The notes below the pieces were generated by a model. That model was given only the letters and a program-made list of their open reading frames with translations, was not told where the DNA came from and searched no databases. Both the position numbers and the translations under genes were made by a program. From Eledone cirrhosa (lineage: Eukaryota), in NCBI GenBank assembly GCA_964016885.1, contig OZ024742.1, forward strand, positions 24,862,001 to 24,926,000: a stretch of DNA of 64,000 nucleotides. Direction: 5' to 3'. Of the stretch, positions 36,601 to 57,900 are shown one piece after another (the first letter of the stretch is position 1; each line of letters opens with the position of its first letter).

Positions 36601-39600
36601 TACACTCACACACTGACTGAACATACACATACACTCACACACTGACTGACCATACACATACACTCACACACTGACTGAACATACACATACACTCACACAT
36701 TGACTGAACAAACACATACACTCACACACTGACTGAACATACACATACACTCACACACTGACTGAACATACACATACACTCACACACTGACTGAACATAC
36801 ACATACACTCACACACTGACTGAAACATACACATACTCTCACACACTGACTGAACATACACATACAGTCACACACTAACTGAACATACACATACACTCAC
36901 ACACTGAGTGAACATACACATACACTCACACACTGGCTGAACATACATATACACTCACACACTGACTGAACATGCACATACACTCACACACTGACTGAAC
37001 ATACATATACACTCACACACTGACTGAACATACACATACACTCACACACTGACTGAACATACAGATACACTCACACATTAACTGAACATACACATACACT
37101 CACACATGACTGAACATACACATACACTCACACACTGACTGAAACATACACATACTATCACACACTGACTGAACATACACATACACTCACACACTAACTG
37201 AACATACACATACACTCACACACTGACTGAACATACACATACACTCACACACTGACTGAACATACACATACACTCAGACACTAACTGAACATACACATAC
37301 ACTCACACACTGACTGAACATACACATACACTCACACACTGACTGAACATACACATACACTCACACATTGCCTGAACATACACATACACTCACACACTGA
37401 CTGAACATACACATACACTCACACACTGACTGAACATACATATACACTCACACACTGACTGAACATACACATACACTCACATACTGACTGAACATACACA
37501 TACACTCACACACTGACTGAAACATACACATACACTCACACACTGACTGAACATACACATACACTCACACACTGACTGAACATACACATACACTCACACA
37601 CTGACTGAACATACACATACACTCACACACTGACTGAACATACATATACACTCACACACTGACTGAACATACACATACACTCACACACTGACTGAACATA
37701 CACATACACTCACACACTGACTGAACATACACATACACTCACACACTGACTGAACATACACATACACTCACACACTGACTGAACATACACATACACTCAC
37801 ACACTAACTGAACATAGACATACACTCACACACTGGTTGAACATACACATACACTAACACACTGACTCAACATACACATACACTCACACACTGACTGAAC
37901 ATACACATACACTCACACACTGACTGAACATACACATACACTCACACACTAACTGAACATAGACATACACTCACACACTGGTTGAACATACACATACACT
38001 AACACACTGACTCAACATACACATACACTCACACACTGACTGAACATACACATACACTCACACACTGGCTGAACATACACATACACTCACACATTGATTG
38101 AACATACACATACACTCACACACTGACTGAACATACACATACACTCACACACTGACTGAACATACACATACACTGATACACTGACTGAACATACACATAC
38201 ACTCACACACTGACTGAACATACACATACACTCACACACTGACTGAACATACTCATACACTCATACACTGACTGAACATACACATACACTCACACACTGA
38301 CTGAACATACACATACACTCACACACTGACTGAACATACTCATACACTCACACACTGACTGAACATACACATACACTCACACACTGACTGAACATACACA
38401 TACACTCACACACTGACTGAACATACACATACACTCATACACTGACTGAACCTACACATACACTCACACATTAACTGAACATACACATACACTCACACAC
38501 TGACTGAACATACACATACACTCATACACTGACTGAACATACACATACACTCACACATTAACTGAACATACACATACACTCACACACTGACTGAACATAC
38601 ACATTCACTCATACACTGACTGAACATACACATACACTCACACACTGACTGAACATACACATACTCTCACACACTGACTGAACATACACATACACTAACA
38701 CACTGACTGAACATACACATACACTCACACACTGACTGACCATACACATACACTCACACATTGACTGAACATACACATACACTCACACACTGACTGAACA
38801 TACACATACACTCACACATTGACTGAACATACACATACACTCACACACTGACTGAACATACACATACACTCACACACTGACTGAACATACACAAACACTC
38901 ACACATGACTGAACATACACATACACTCACACACTGACTGAACATACACATACACTCACACACTGGCGGAAACATACACATACACTCACACACTGACTGA
39001 ACATACACATACACTCACACACTGACTGAACATACACATACACTCACACACTGACTGAACATACTCATACACTCACACACTGACTGAACATACACATACA
39101 CTCACACACTGACTGAACATACACATACACTCACACACTGACTGAACATACACATACACTCACACACTGACTGAACATACACATACACTCACACACTGAC
39201 TGAACATACACATACACTCACACATTGACTGAACAAACACATACACTCACACACTGACTGAACATACACATACACTCACACACTGACTGAACATACACAT
39301 ACACTCACACACTGACTGAACATACACATACACTCACACACTGACTGAACATACACATACACTCACACACTGACTGAAACATACACATACTCTCACACAC
39401 TGACTGAACATACACATACAGTCACACACTAACTGAACATACACATACACTCACACACTGAGTGAACATACACATACACTCACACACTGGCTGAACATAC
39501 ATATACACTCACACACTGACTGAACATACACATACACTCACACACTGACTGAACATACATATACACTCACACACTGACTGAACATACACATACACTCACA

Positions 39601-39635
39601 CACTGACTGAACATACAGATACACTCACACATTAA

Positions 39636-42600
39636 CTGAACATACACATACACTCACACACTAACTGAACATAGACATACACTCACACACTGGTTGAACA
39701 TACACATACACTCACACACTGACTGAACATACACATACATTCACACACTGACTGAACATACACAAACACTCACACACTAACTGGACATACACATACACTC
39801 ACAAACTGACTGAACATACACATACACTCACACACTAACTGAACATACACAAACACTCACACACTGACTGAACATACACATACACTCACACATTGACTGA
39901 ACATACACATACACACACACACTGGCTGAACATACACATACACTCACACACTGACTGAACATACACATACACTCACACATTGACTGAACATACACAAACA
40001 CTCACACACTAACTGAACATACACATACACTCACACACTGACTGAATATACACATACACTCACACACTGACTGAACATACACATACACTCACACACTGAC
40101 TGACCATACACATACACTCACACACTGACTGAACATACACATACACTCACACACTGACTGAACATACACATACACTCACACATTGACTGAACATACACAA
40201 ACACTCACACACTGACTGAACATACACATACACTCACACACTGACTGAACATACACATACACACACACACTGACTGAACAAACACAAACACTCACACACT
40301 GACTGAACATACACATACACTCACACACTGACTGAACATACACATACACTCACACATTCACTGAACATACACAAACACTCACACACTGACTGCACATACA
40401 CATACACTCACACACTGGCTGAACATACACATACACTCACACACTGACGGAACATATACATACACTCACACACTGACTGAACATACACATACACTCACAC
40501 ACTGACTGAACCTACACATACACTCACACATTGACTGAACATACACATACACTCACACATTGACTGAACATACACATACACTCACACACTGACTGAACAT
40601 ACACATACACTCACACACTGACTGAACATACACATACACTCACACACTGACTGAACATACACATACACTCACACATTGACTGAACAAACACAAACACTCA
40701 CACACTGACTGAACATACACATACACTCACACACTGACTGAACATACACATACACTCACACATTCACTGAACATACACAAACACTCACACACTGACTGCA
40801 CATACACATACACTCACACACTGGCTGAACATACACATACACTCACACACTGACGGAACATATACATACACTCACACACTGACTGAACATACACATACAC
40901 TCACACACTGACTGAACCTACACATACACTCACACATTGACTGAACATACACATACACTCACACATTGACTGAACATACACATACACTCACACATTGACT
41001 GAACATACACATACACTCACACATTGACTGAACATACACATACACTCACACACTGACTGAACATACACATACACTCACACACTGACTGAACATACACAAA
41101 CACTCACACACTGGCTCAACATACACAAATTCTCACACACTGACTGAACATACACATACACTCTCACACTGACTGAACATACACATACACTCACACACTG
41201 ACTGAACATACACATACACTCACACACTGACTGAACATACACATACACTCACACATTGACTGAACATACACATACACTCACACATTGACTGAACATACAC
41301 ATACACTCACACACTGACTGAACATACACATACACTCACACACTGACTGAGCATACACATACACTCACACACTGACTGAACATACACAAACACTCACACA
41401 CTGACTCAACATACACAAACACTCACACACTGACTGAACATACACAAACACTCACACACTGACTGAACATACACATACACTCACACACTGACTGAACATA
41501 CACATACACTCACACACTGGCTGAACATACACATACACTCACACACTGGCTGAACATACACATACACTCTCACACTGACTGAACATACACATATTCTCAC
41601 ACACTGACTGAACATACACATACACTCACACATTGACTGAACATACACAAACACTCACACATTGACTGAACATACACATACACTTACACACTGACTGAAC
41701 ATACACATACACTCACACACTGACTGAACATACACATACACTCACACACTGACTGAACATACACATACACTCACACACTGACTGAACATACACATACACT
41801 CACACACTGACTGAACATACACATACACTCACACACTGACTGAACATACACATACACTCACACACTGACTGAACATACACATACACTCACACACTGACTG
41901 AACATACACATACACTCACACATTGACTGAACAAACACAAACACTCACACACTGACTGAACATACACATACACTCACACACTGACTGAACATACACATAC
42001 ACTCACACACTGACTGAACATACACATACACTCACACACTGACTGAACATACACATACACTCACACACTAACTGAACATAGACATACACTCACACACTGG
42101 TTGAACATACACATACACTAACACACTGACTGAACATACACATACACTCACACACTGACTGAACATACACATACACTCACACACTAACTGAACATAGACA
42201 TACACTCACACACTGGTTGAACATACACATACACTAACACACTGACTCAACATACACATACACTCACACACTGACTGAACATACACATACACTCACACAC
42301 TGACTGAACATACACATACACTCACACACTAACTGAACATAGACATACACTCACACACTGGTTGAACATACACATACACTAACACACTGACTCAACATAC
42401 ACATACACTCACACACTGACTGAACATACACATACACTCACACACTGGCTGAACATACACATACACTCACACATTGATTGAACATACACATACACTCACA
42501 CACTGACTGAACATACACATACACTCACACACTGACTGAACATACACATACACTGATACACTGACTGAACATACACATACACTCACACACTGACTGAACA

Positions 42601-45600
42601 TACACATACACTCACACACTGACTGAACATACTCATACACTCATACACTGACTGAACATACACATACACTCACACACTGACTGAACATACACATACACTC
42701 ACACACTGACTGAACATACTCATACACTCACACACTGACTGAACATACACATACACTCACACACTGACTGAACATACACATACACTCACACACTGACTGA
42801 ACATACACATACACTCATACACTGACTGAACATACACATACACTCATACACTGACTGAACATACACATACACTCACACATTAACTGAACATACACATACA
42901 CTCACACACTGACTGAACATACACATACACTCATACACTGACTGAACATACACATACACTCACACATTAACTGAACATACACATACACTCACACACTGAC
43001 TGAACATACACATACACTCATACACTGACTGAACATACACATACACTCACACACTGACTGAACATACACATACTCTCACACACTGACTGAACATACACAT
43101 ACACTCACACACTAACTGAACATAGACATACACTCACACACTGGTTGAACATACACATACACTCACACACTGACTGAACATACACATACATTCACACACT
43201 GACTGAACATACACAAACACTCACACACTAACTGGACATACACATACACTCACAAACTGACTGAACATACACATACACTCACACACTAACTGAACATACA
43301 CAAACACTCACACACTGACTGAACATACACATACACTCACACATTGACTGAACATACACATACACACACACACTGGCTGAACATACACATACACTCACAC
43401 ACTGACTGAACATACACATACACTCACACATTGACTGAACATACACAAACACTCACACACTAACTGAACATACACATACACTCACACACTGACTGAATAT
43501 ACACATACACTCACACACTGACTGAACATACACATACACTCACACACTGACTGACCATACACATACACTCACACACTGACTGAACATACACATACACTCA
43601 CACACTGACTGAACATACACATACACTCACACATTGACTGAACATACACAAACACTCACACACTGACTGAACATACACATACACTCACACACTGACTGAA
43701 CATACACATACACACACACACTGACTGAACAAACACAAACACTCACACACTGACTGAACATACACATACACTCACACACTGACTGAACATACACATACAC
43801 TCACACATTCACTGAACATACACAAACACTCACACACTGACTGCACATACACATACACTCACACACTGGCTGAACATACACATACACTCACACACTGACG
43901 GAACATATACATACACTCACACACTGACTGAACATACACATACACTCACACACTGACTGAACCTACACATACACTCACACATTGACTGAACATACACATA
44001 CACTCACACATTGACTGAACATACACATACACTCACACACTGACTGAACATACACATACACTCACACACTGACTGAACATACACATACACTCACACACTG
44101 ACTGAACATACACATACACTCACACATTGACTGAACAAACACAAACACTCACACACTGACTGAACATACACATACACTCACACACTGACTGAACATACAC
44201 ATACACTCACACATTCACTGAACATACACAAACACTCACACACTGACTGCACATACACATACACTCACACACTGGCTGAACATACACATACACTCACACA
44301 CTGACGGAACATATACATACACTCACACACTGACTGAACATACACATACACTCACACACTGACTGAACCTACACATACACTCACACATTGACTGAACATA
44401 CACATACACTCACACATTGACTGAACATACACATACACTCACACATTGACTGAACATACACATACACTCACACATTGACTGAACATACACATACACTCAC
44501 ACACTGACTGAACATACACATACACTCACACACTGACTGAACATACACAAACACTCACACACTGGCTCAACATACACAAATTCTCACACACTGACTGAAC
44601 ATACACATACACTCTCACACTGACTGAACATACACATACACTCACACACTGACTGAACATACACATACACTCACACACTGACTGAACATACACATACACT
44701 CACACATTGACTGAACATACACATACACTCACACATTGACTGAACATACACATACACTCACACACTGACTGAACATACACATACACTCACACACTGACTG
44801 AGCATACACATACACTCACACACTGACTGAACATACACAAACACTCACACACTGACTCAACATACACAAACACTCACACACTGACTGAACATACACAAAC
44901 ACTCACACACTGACTGAACATACACATACACTCACACACTGACTGAACATACACATACACTCACACACTGGCTGAACATACACATACACTCACACACTGG
45001 CTGAACATACACATACACTCTCACACTGACTGAACATACACATATTCTCACACACTGACTGAACATACACATACACTCACACATTGACTGAACATACACA
45101 AACACTCACACATTGACTGAACATACACATACACTTACACACTGACTGAACATACACATACACTCACACACTGACTGAACATACACATACACTCACACAC
45201 TGACTGAACATACACATACACTCACACACTGACTGAACATACACATACACTCACACACTGACTGAACATACACATACACTCACACACTGACTGAACATAC
45301 ACATACACTCACACACTGACTGAACATACACATACACTCACACACTGACTGAACATACACATACACTCACACATTGACTGAACAAACACAAACACTCACA
45401 CACTGACTGAACATACACATACACTCACACACTGACTGAACATACACATACACTCACACACTGACTGAACATACACATACACTCACACACTGACTGAACA
45501 TACACATACACTCACACACTAACTGAACATAGACATACACTCACACACTGGTTGAACATACACATACACTAACACACTGACTGAACATACACATACACTC

Positions 45601-46417
45601 ACACACTGACTGAACATACACATACACTCACACACTAACTGAACATAGACATACACTCACACACTGGTTGAACATACACATACACTAACACACTGACTCA
45701 ACATACACATACACTCACACACTGACTGAACATACACATACACTCACACACTGACTGAACATACACATACACTCACACACTAACTGAACATAGACATACA
45801 CTCACACACTGGTTGAACATACACATACACTAACACACTGACTCAACATACACATACACTCACACACTGACTGAACATACACATACACTCACACACTGGC
45901 TGAACATACACATACACTCACACATTGATTGAACATACACATACACTCACACACTGACTGAACATACACATACACTCACACACTGACTGAACATACACAT
46001 ACACTGATACACTGACTGAACATACACATACACTCACACACTGACTGAACATACACATACACTCACACACTGACTGAACATACTCATACACTCATACACT
46101 GACTGAACATACACATACACTCACACACTGACTGAACATACACATACACTCACACACTGACTGAACATACTCATACACTCACACACTGACTGAACATACA
46201 CATACACTCACACACTGACTGAACATACACATACACTCACACACTGACTGAACATACACATACACTCATACACTGACTGAACATACACATACACTCATAC
46301 ACTGACTGAACATACACATACACTCACACATTAACTGAACATACACATACACTCACACACTGACTGAACATACACATACACTCATACACTGACTGAACAT
46401 ACACATACACTCACACA
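39636..46417. repeat. Nested tandem duplication, offset 3451 bp (119 monomers); second copy slightly truncated
   Basis: GAGCAT 41351/44802 and CTAACTGAACATAGAC 39661/43112. 3451 = 119 x 29. Confidence 0.9.
40270..40980. repeat. Local 406-bp (14-monomer) tandem duplication inside the 3451-bp unit
   Basis: CATTCACTG at 40355/40761 and TGACGG at 40446/40852. Confidence 0.85.
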
Positions 46418-49400
46418 CTGACTGAACATACATATACACTCACACACTGACTGAACATACACATACACTCACACACTGACTGAACATACATATACACTCA
46501 CACACTGACTGAACATACACATACACTCACACACTGACTGAACATACAGATACACTCACACATTAACTGAACATACACATACACTCACACACTAACTGAA
46601 CATAGACATACACTCACACACTGGTTGAACATACACATACACTCACACACTGACTGAACATACACATACATTCACACACTGACTGAACATACACAAACAC
46701 TCACACACTAACTGGACATACACATACACTCACAAACTGACTGAACATACACATACACTCACACACTAACTGAACATACACAAACACTCACACACTGACT
46801 GAACATACACATACACTCACACATTGACTGAACATACACATACACACACACACTGGCTGAACATACACATACACTCACACACTGACTGAACATACACATA
46901 CACTCACACATTGACTGAACATACACAAACACTCACACACTAACTGAACATACACATACACTCACACACTGACTGAATATACACATACACTCACACACTG
47001 ACTGAACATACACATACACTCACACACTGACTGACCATACACATACACTCACACACTGACTGAACATACACATACACTCACACACTGACTGAACATACAC
47101 ATACACTCACACATTGACTGAACATACACAAACACTCACACACTGACTGAACATACACATACACTCACACACTGACTGAACATACACATACACACACACA
47201 CTGACTGAACAAACACAAACACTCACACACTGACTGAACATACACATACACTCACACACTGACTGAACATAGACATACACTCACACACTGGTTGAACATA
47301 CACATACACTAACACACTGACTCAACATACACATACACTCACACACTGACTGAACATACACATACACTCACACACTGGCTGAACATACACATACACTCAC
47401 ACATTGATTGAACATACACATACACTCACACACTGACTGAACATACACATACACTCACACACTGACTGAACATACACATACACTGATACACTGACTGAAC
47501 ATACACATACACTCACACACTGACTGAACATACACATACACTCACACACTGACTGAACATACTCATACACTCATACACTGACTGAACATACACATACACT
47601 CACACACTGACTGAACATACACATACACTCACACACTGACTGAACATACTCATACACTCACACACTGACTGAACATACACATACACTCACACACTGACTG
47701 AACATACACATACACTCACACACTGACTGAACATACACATACACTCATACACTGACTGAACATACACATACACTCATACACTGACTGAACATACACATAC
47801 ACTCACACATTAACTGAACATACACATACACTCACACACTGACTGAACATACACATACACTCATACACTGACTGAACATACACATACACTCACACATTAA
47901 CTGAACATACACATACACTCACACACTGACTGAACATACACATACACTCATACACTGACTGAACATACACATACACTCACACACTGACTGAACATACACA
48001 TACTCTCACACACTGACTGAACATACACATACACTCACACACTGACTGAACATACTCATACACTCATACACTGACTGAACATACACATACACTCACACAC
48101 TGACTGAACATACACATACACTCACACACTGACTGAACATACTCATACACTCACACACTGACTGAACATACACATACACTCACACACTGACTGAACATAC
48201 ACATACACTCACACACTGACTGAACATACACATACACTCATACACTGACTGAACATACACATACACTCATACACTGACTGAACATACACATACACTCACA
48301 CATTAACTGAACATACACATACACTCACACACTGACTGAACATACACATACACTCATACACTGACTGAACATACACATACACTCACACATTAACTGAACA
48401 TACACATACACTCACACACTGACTGAACATACACATACACTCATACACTGACTGAACATACACATACACTCACACACTGACTGAACATACACATACTCTC
48501 ACACACTGACTGAACATACACATACACTAACACACTGACTGAACATACACATACACTCACACACTGACTGACCATACACATACACTCACACATTGACTGA
48601 ACATACAAATACACTCACACACTGACTGAACATACACATACACTCACACATTGACTGAACATACACATACACTCACACACTGACTGAACATACACATACA
48701 CTCACACACTGACTGAACATACACAAACACTCACACATGACTGAACATACACATACACTCACACACTGACTGAACATACACATACACTCACACACTGGCG
48801 GAAACATACACATACACTCACACACTGACTGAACATACACATACACTCACACACTGACTGAACATACACATACACTCACACACTGACTGAACATACTCAT
48901 ACACTCACACACTGACTGAACATACACATACACTCACACACTGACTGAACATACACATACACTCACACACTGACTGAACATACACATACACTCACACACT
49001 GACTGACCATACACATACACTCACACACTGACTGAACATACACATACACTCACACATTGACTGAACAAACACATACACTCACACACTGACTGAACATACA
49101 CATACACTCACACACTGACTGAACATACACATACACTCACACACTGACTGAACATACACATACACTCACACACTGACTGAAACATACACATACTCTCACA
49201 CACTGACTGAACATACACATACAGTCACACACTAACTGAACATACACATACACTCACACACTGAGTGAACATACACATACACTCACACACTGGCTGAACA
49301 TACATATACACTCACACACTGACTGAACATGCACATACACTCACACACTGACTGAACATACATATACACTCACACACTGACTGAACATACACATACACTC

Positions 49401-51992
49401 ACACACTGACTGAACATACAGATACACTCACACATTAACTGAACATACACATACACTCACACATGACTGAACATACACATACACTCACACACTGACTGAA
49501 ACATACACATACTATCACACACTGACTGAACATACACATACACTCACACACTAACTGAACATACACATACACTCACACACTGACTGAACATACACATACA
49601 CTCACACACTGACTGAACATACACATACACTCAGACACTAACTGAACATACACATACACTCACACACTGACTGAACATACACATACACTCACACACTGAC
49701 TGAACATACACATACACTCACACATTGCCTGAACATACACATACACTCACACACTGACTGAACATACACATACACTCACACACTGACTGAACATACATAT
49801 ACACTCACACACTGACTGAACATACACATACACTCACATACTGACTGAACATACACATACACTCACACACTGACTGAAACATACACATACACTCACACAC
49901 TGACTGAACATACACATACACTCACACACTGACTGAACATACACATACACTCACACACTGACTGAACATACACATACACTCACACACTGACTGAACATAC
50001 ATATACACTCACACACTGACTGAACATACACATACACTCACACACTGACTGAACATACACATACACTCACACACTGACTGAACATACACATACACTCACA
50101 CACTGACTGAACATACACATACACTCACACACTGACTGAACATACACATACACTCACACACTAACTGAACATAGACATACACTCACACACTGGTTGAACA
50201 TACACATACACTAACACACTGACTCAACATACACATACACTCACACACTGACTGAACATACACATACACTCACACACTGACTGAACATACACATACACTC
50301 ACACACTAACTGAACATAGACATACACTCACACACTGGTTGAACATACACATACACTAACACACTGACTCAACATACACATACACTCACACACTGACTGA
50401 ACATACACATACACTCACACACTGGCTGAACATACACATACACTCACACATTGATTGAACATACACATACACTCACACACTGACTGAACATACACATACA
50501 CTCACACACTGACTGAACATACACATACACTGATACACTGACTGAACATACACATACACTCACACACTGACTGAACATACACATACACTCACACACTGAC
50601 TGAACATACTCATACACTCATACACTGACTGAACATACACATACACTCACACACTGACTGAACATACACATACACTCACACACTGACTGAACATACTCAT
50701 ACACTCACACACTGACTGAACATACACATACACTCACACACTGACTGAACATACACATACACTCACACACTGACTGAACATACACATACACTCATACACT
50801 GACTGAACCTACACATACACTCACACATTAACTGAACATACACATACACTCACACACTGACTGAACATACACATACACTCATACACTGACTGAACATACA
50901 CATACACTCACACATTAACTGAACATACACATACACTCACACACTGACTGAACATACACATTCACTCATACACTGACTGAACATACACATACACTCACAC
51001 ACTGACTGAACATACACATACTCTCACACACTGACTGAACATACACATACACTAACACACTGACTGAACATACACATACACTCACACACTGACTGACCAT
51101 ACACATACACTCACACATTGACTGAACATACACATACACTCACACACTGACTGAACATACACATACACTCACACATTGACTGAACATACACATACACTCA
51201 CACACTGACTGAACATACACATACACTCACACACTGACTGAACATACACAAACACTCACACATGACTGAACATACACATACACTCACACACTGACTGAAC
51301 ATACACATACACTCACACACTGGCGGAAACATACACATACACTCACACACTGACTGAACATACACATACACTCACACACTGACTGAACATACACATACAC
51401 TCACACACTGACTGAACATACTCATACACTCACACACTGACTGAACATACACATACACTCACACACTGACTGAACATACACATACACTCACACACTGACT
51501 GAACATACACATACACTCACACACTGACTGAACATACACATACACTCACACACTGACTGAACATACACATACACTCACACATTGACTGAACAAACACATA
51601 CACTCACACACTGACTGAACATACACATACACTCACACACTGACTGAACATACACATACACTCACACACTGACTGAACATACACATACACTCACACACTG
51701 ACTGAACATACACATACACTCACACACTGACTGAAACATACACATACTCTCACACACTGACTGAACATACACATACAGTCACACACTAACTGAACATACA
51801 CATACACTCACACACTGAGTGAACATACACATACACTCACACACTGGCTGAACATACATATACACTCACACACTGACTGAACATACACATACACTCACAC
51901 ACTGACTGAACATACATATACACTCACACACTGACTGAACATACACATACACTCACACACTGACTGAACATACAGATACACTCACACATTAA

Positions 51993-54900
51993 CTGAACAT
52001 ACACATACACTCACACACTAACTGAACATAGACATACACTCACACACTGGTTGAACATACACATACACTCACACACTGACTGAACATACACATACATTCA
52101 CACACTGACTGAACATACACAAACACTCACACACTAACTGGACATACACATACACTCACAAACTGACTGAACATACACATACACTCACACACTAACTGAA
52201 CATACACAAACACTCACACACTGACTGAACATACACATACACTCACACATTGACTGAACATACACATACACACACACACTGGCTGAACATACACATACAC
52301 TCACACACTGACTGAACATACACATACACTCACACATTGACTGAACATACACAAACACTCACACACTAACTGAACATACACATACACTCACACACTGACT
52401 GAATATACACATACACTCACACACTGACTGAACATACACATACACTCACACACTGACTGACCATACACATACACTCACACACTGACTGAACATACACATA
52501 CACTCACACACTGACTGAACATACACATACACTCACACATTGACTGAACATACACAAACACTCACACACTGACTGAACATACACATACACTCACACACTG
52601 ACTGAACATACACATACACACACACACTGACTGAACAAACACAAACACTCACACACTGACTGAACATACACATACACTCACACACTGACTGAACATACAC
52701 ATACACTCACACATTCACTGAACATACACAAACACTCACACACTGACTGCACATACACATACACTCACACACTGGCTGAACATACACATACACTCACACA
52801 CTGACGGAACATATACATACACTCACACACTGACTGAACATACACATACACTCACACACTGACTGAACCTACACATACACTCACACATTGACTGAACATA
52901 CACATACACTCACACATTGACTGAACATACACATACACTCACACACTGACTGAACATACACATACACTCACACACTGACTGAACATACACATACACTCAC
53001 ACACTGACTGAACATACACATACACTCACACATTGACTGAACAAACACAAACACTCACACACTGACTGAACATACACATACACTCACACACTGACTGAAC
53101 ATACACATACACTCACACATTCACTGAACATACACAAACACTCACACACTGACTGCACATACACATACACTCACACACTGGCTGAACATACACATACACT
53201 CACACACTGACGGAACATATACATACACTCACACACTGACTGAACATACACATACACTCACACACTGACTGAACCTACACATACACTCACACATTGACTG
53301 AACATACACATACACTCACACATTGACTGAACATACACATACACTCACACATTGACTGAACATACACATACACTCACACATTGACTGAACATACACATAC
53401 ACTCACACACTGACTGAACATACACATACACTCACACACTGACTGAACATACACAAACACTCACACACTGGCTCAACATACACAAATTCTCACACACTGA
53501 CTGAACATACACATACACTCTCACACTGACTGAACATACACATACACTCACACACTGACTGAACATACACATACACTCACACACTGACTGAACATACACA
53601 TACACTCACACATTGACTGAACATACACATACACTCACACATTGACTGAACATACACATACACTCACACACTGACTGAACATACACATACACTCACACAC
53701 TGACTGAGCATACACATACACTCACACACTGACTGAACATACACAAACACTCACACACTGACTCAACATACACAAACACTCACACACTGACTGAACATAC
53801 ACAAACACTCACACACTGACTGAACATACACATACACTCACACACTGACTGAACATACACATACACTCACACACTGGCTGAACATACACATACACTCACA
53901 CACTGGCTGAACATACACATACACTCTCACACTGACTGAACATACACATATTCTCACACACTGACTGAACATACACATACACTCACACATTGACTGAACA
54001 TACACAAACACTCACACATTGACTGAACATACACATACACTTACACACTGACTGAACATACACATACACTCACACACTGACTGAACATACACATACACTC
54101 ACACACTGACTGAACATACACATACACTCACACACTGACTGAACATACACATACACTCACACACTGACTGAACATACACATACACTCACACACTGACTGA
54201 ACATACACATACACTCACACACTGACTGAACATACACATACACTCACACACTGACTGAACATACACATACACTCACACATTGACTGAACAAACACAAACA
54301 CTCACACACTGACTGAACATACACATACACTCACACACTGACTGAACATACACATACACTCACACACTGACTGAACATACACATACACTCACACACTGAC
54401 TGAACATACACATACACTCACACACTAACTGAACATAGACATACACTCACACACTGGTTGAACATACACATACACTAACACACTGACTGAACATACACAT
54501 ACACTCACACACTGACTGAACATACACATACACTCACACACTAACTGAACATAGACATACACTCACACACTGGTTGAACATACACATACACTAACACACT
54601 GACTCAACATACACATACACTCACACACTGACTGAACATACACATACACTCACACACTGACTGAACATACACATACACTCACACACTAACTGAACATAGA
54701 CATACACTCACACACTGGTTGAACATACACATACACTAACACACTGACTCAACATACACATACACTCACACACTGACTGAACATACACATACACTCACAC
54801 ACTGGCTGAACATACACATACACTCACACATTGATTGAACATACACATACACTCACACACTGACTGAACATACACATACACTCACACACTGACTGAACAT

Positions 54901-57900
54901 ACACATACACTGATACACTGACTGAACATACACATACACTCACACACTGACTGAACATACACATACACTCACACACTGACTGAACATACTCATACACTCA
55001 TACACTGACTGAACATACACATACACTCACACACTGACTGAACATACACATACACTCACACACTGACTGAACATACTCATACACTCACACACTGACTGAA
55101 CATACACATACACTCACACACTGACTGAACATACACATACACTCACACACTGACTGAACATACACATACACTCATACACTGACTGAACATACACATACAC
55201 TCATACACTGACTGAACATACACATACACTCACACATTAACTGAACATACACATACACTCACACACTGACTGAACATACACATACACTCATACACTGACT
55301 GAACATACACATACACTCACACATTAACTGAACATACACATACACTCACACACTGACTGAACATACACATACACTCATACACTGACTGAACATACACATA
55401 CACTCACACACTGACTGAACATACACATACTCTCACACACTGACTGAACATACACATACACTCACACACTAACTGAACATAGACATACACTCACACACTG
55501 GTTGAACATACACATACACTCACACACTGACTGAACATACACATACATTCACACACTGACTGAACATACACAAACACTCACACACTAACTGGACATACAC
55601 ATACACTCACAAACTGACTGAACATACACATACACTCACACACTAACTGAACATACACAAACACTCACACACTGACTGAACATACACATACACTCACACA
55701 TTGACTGAACATACACATACACACACACACTGGCTGAACATACACATACACTCACACACTGACTGAACATACACATACACTCACACATTGACTGAACATA
55801 CACAAACACTCACACACTAACTGAACATACACATACACTCACACACTGACTGAATATACACATACACTCACACACTGACTGAACATACACATACACTCAC
55901 ACACTGACTGACCATACACATACACTCACACACTGACTGAACATACACATACACTCACACACTGACTGAACATACACATACACTCACACATTGACTGAAC
56001 ATACACAAACACTCACACACTGACTGAACATACACATACACTCACACACTGACTGAACATACACATACACACACACACTGACTGAACAAACACAAACACT
56101 CACACACTGACTGAACATACACATACACTCACACACTGACTGAACATACACATACACTCACACATTCACTGAACATACACAAACACTCACACACTGACTG
56201 CACATACACATACACTCACACACTGGCTGAACATACACATACACTCACACACTGACGGAACATATACATACACTCACACACTGACTGAACATACACATAC
56301 ACTCACACACTGACTGAACCTACACATACACTCACACATTGACTGAACATACACATACACTCACACATTGACTGAACATACACATACACTCACACACTGA
56401 CTGAACATACACATACACTCACACACTGACTGAACATACACATACACTCACACACTGACTGAACATACACATACACTCACACATTGACTGAACAAACACA
56501 AACACTCACACACTGACTGAACATACACATACACTCACACACTGACTGAACATACACATACACTCACACATTCACTGAACATACACAAACACTCACACAC
56601 TGACTGCACATACACATACACTCACACACTGGCTGAACATACACATACACTCACACACTGACGGAACATATACATACACTCACACACTGACTGAACATAC
56701 ACATACACTCACACACTGACTGAACCTACACATACACTCACACATTGACTGAACATACACATACACTCACACATTGACTGAACATACACATACACTCACA
56801 CATTGACTGAACATACACATACACTCACACATTGACTGAACATACACATACACTCACACACTGACTGAACATACACATACACTCACACACTGACTGAACA
56901 TACACAAACACTCACACACTGGCTCAACATACACAAATTCTCACACACTGACTGAACATACACATACACTCTCACACTGACTGAACATACACATACACTC
57001 ACACACTGACTGAACATACACATACACTCACACACTGACTGAACATACACATACACTCACACATTGACTGAACATACACATACACTCACACATTGACTGA
57101 ACATACACATACACTCACACACTGACTGAACATACACATACACTCACACACTGACTGAGCATACACATACACTCACACACTGACTGAACATACACAAACA
57201 CTCACACACTGACTCAACATACACAAACACTCACACACTGACTGAACATACACAAACACTCACACACTGACTGAACATACACATACACTCACACACTGAC
57301 TGAACATACACATACACTCACACACTGGCTGAACATACACATACACTCACACACTGGCTGAACATACACATACACTCTCACACTGACTGAACATACACAT
57401 ATTCTCACACACTGACTGAACATACACATACACTCACACATTGACTGAACATACACAAACACTCACACATTGACTGAACATACACATACACTTACACACT
57501 GACTGAACATACACATACACTCACACACTGACTGAACATACACATACACTCACACACTGACTGAACATACACATACACTCACACACTGACTGAACATACA
57601 CATACACTCACACACTGACTGAACATACACATACACTCACACACTGACTGAACATACACATACACTCACACACTGACTGAACATACACATACACTCACAC
57701 ACTGACTGAACATACACATACACTCACACATTGACTGAACAAACACAAACACTCACACACTGACTGAACATACACATACACTCACACACTGACTGAACAT
57801 ACACATACACTCACACACTGACTGAACATACACATACACTCACACACTGACTGAACATACACATACACTCACACACTAACTGAACATAGACATACACTCA

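Larger units (their letters stand above)
22525..40340. repeat. Domain of a ~5426-bp higher-order unit with rearranged copies; ~22525-28443 is repeated at ~34422-40340 (offset 11897)
   Basis: GGCGGAAAC 24543/36440 and 27068/38965 (+11897), 33539/38965 (+5426). GAACCTAC at 26554, 33025 and 38451. Confidence 0.85.
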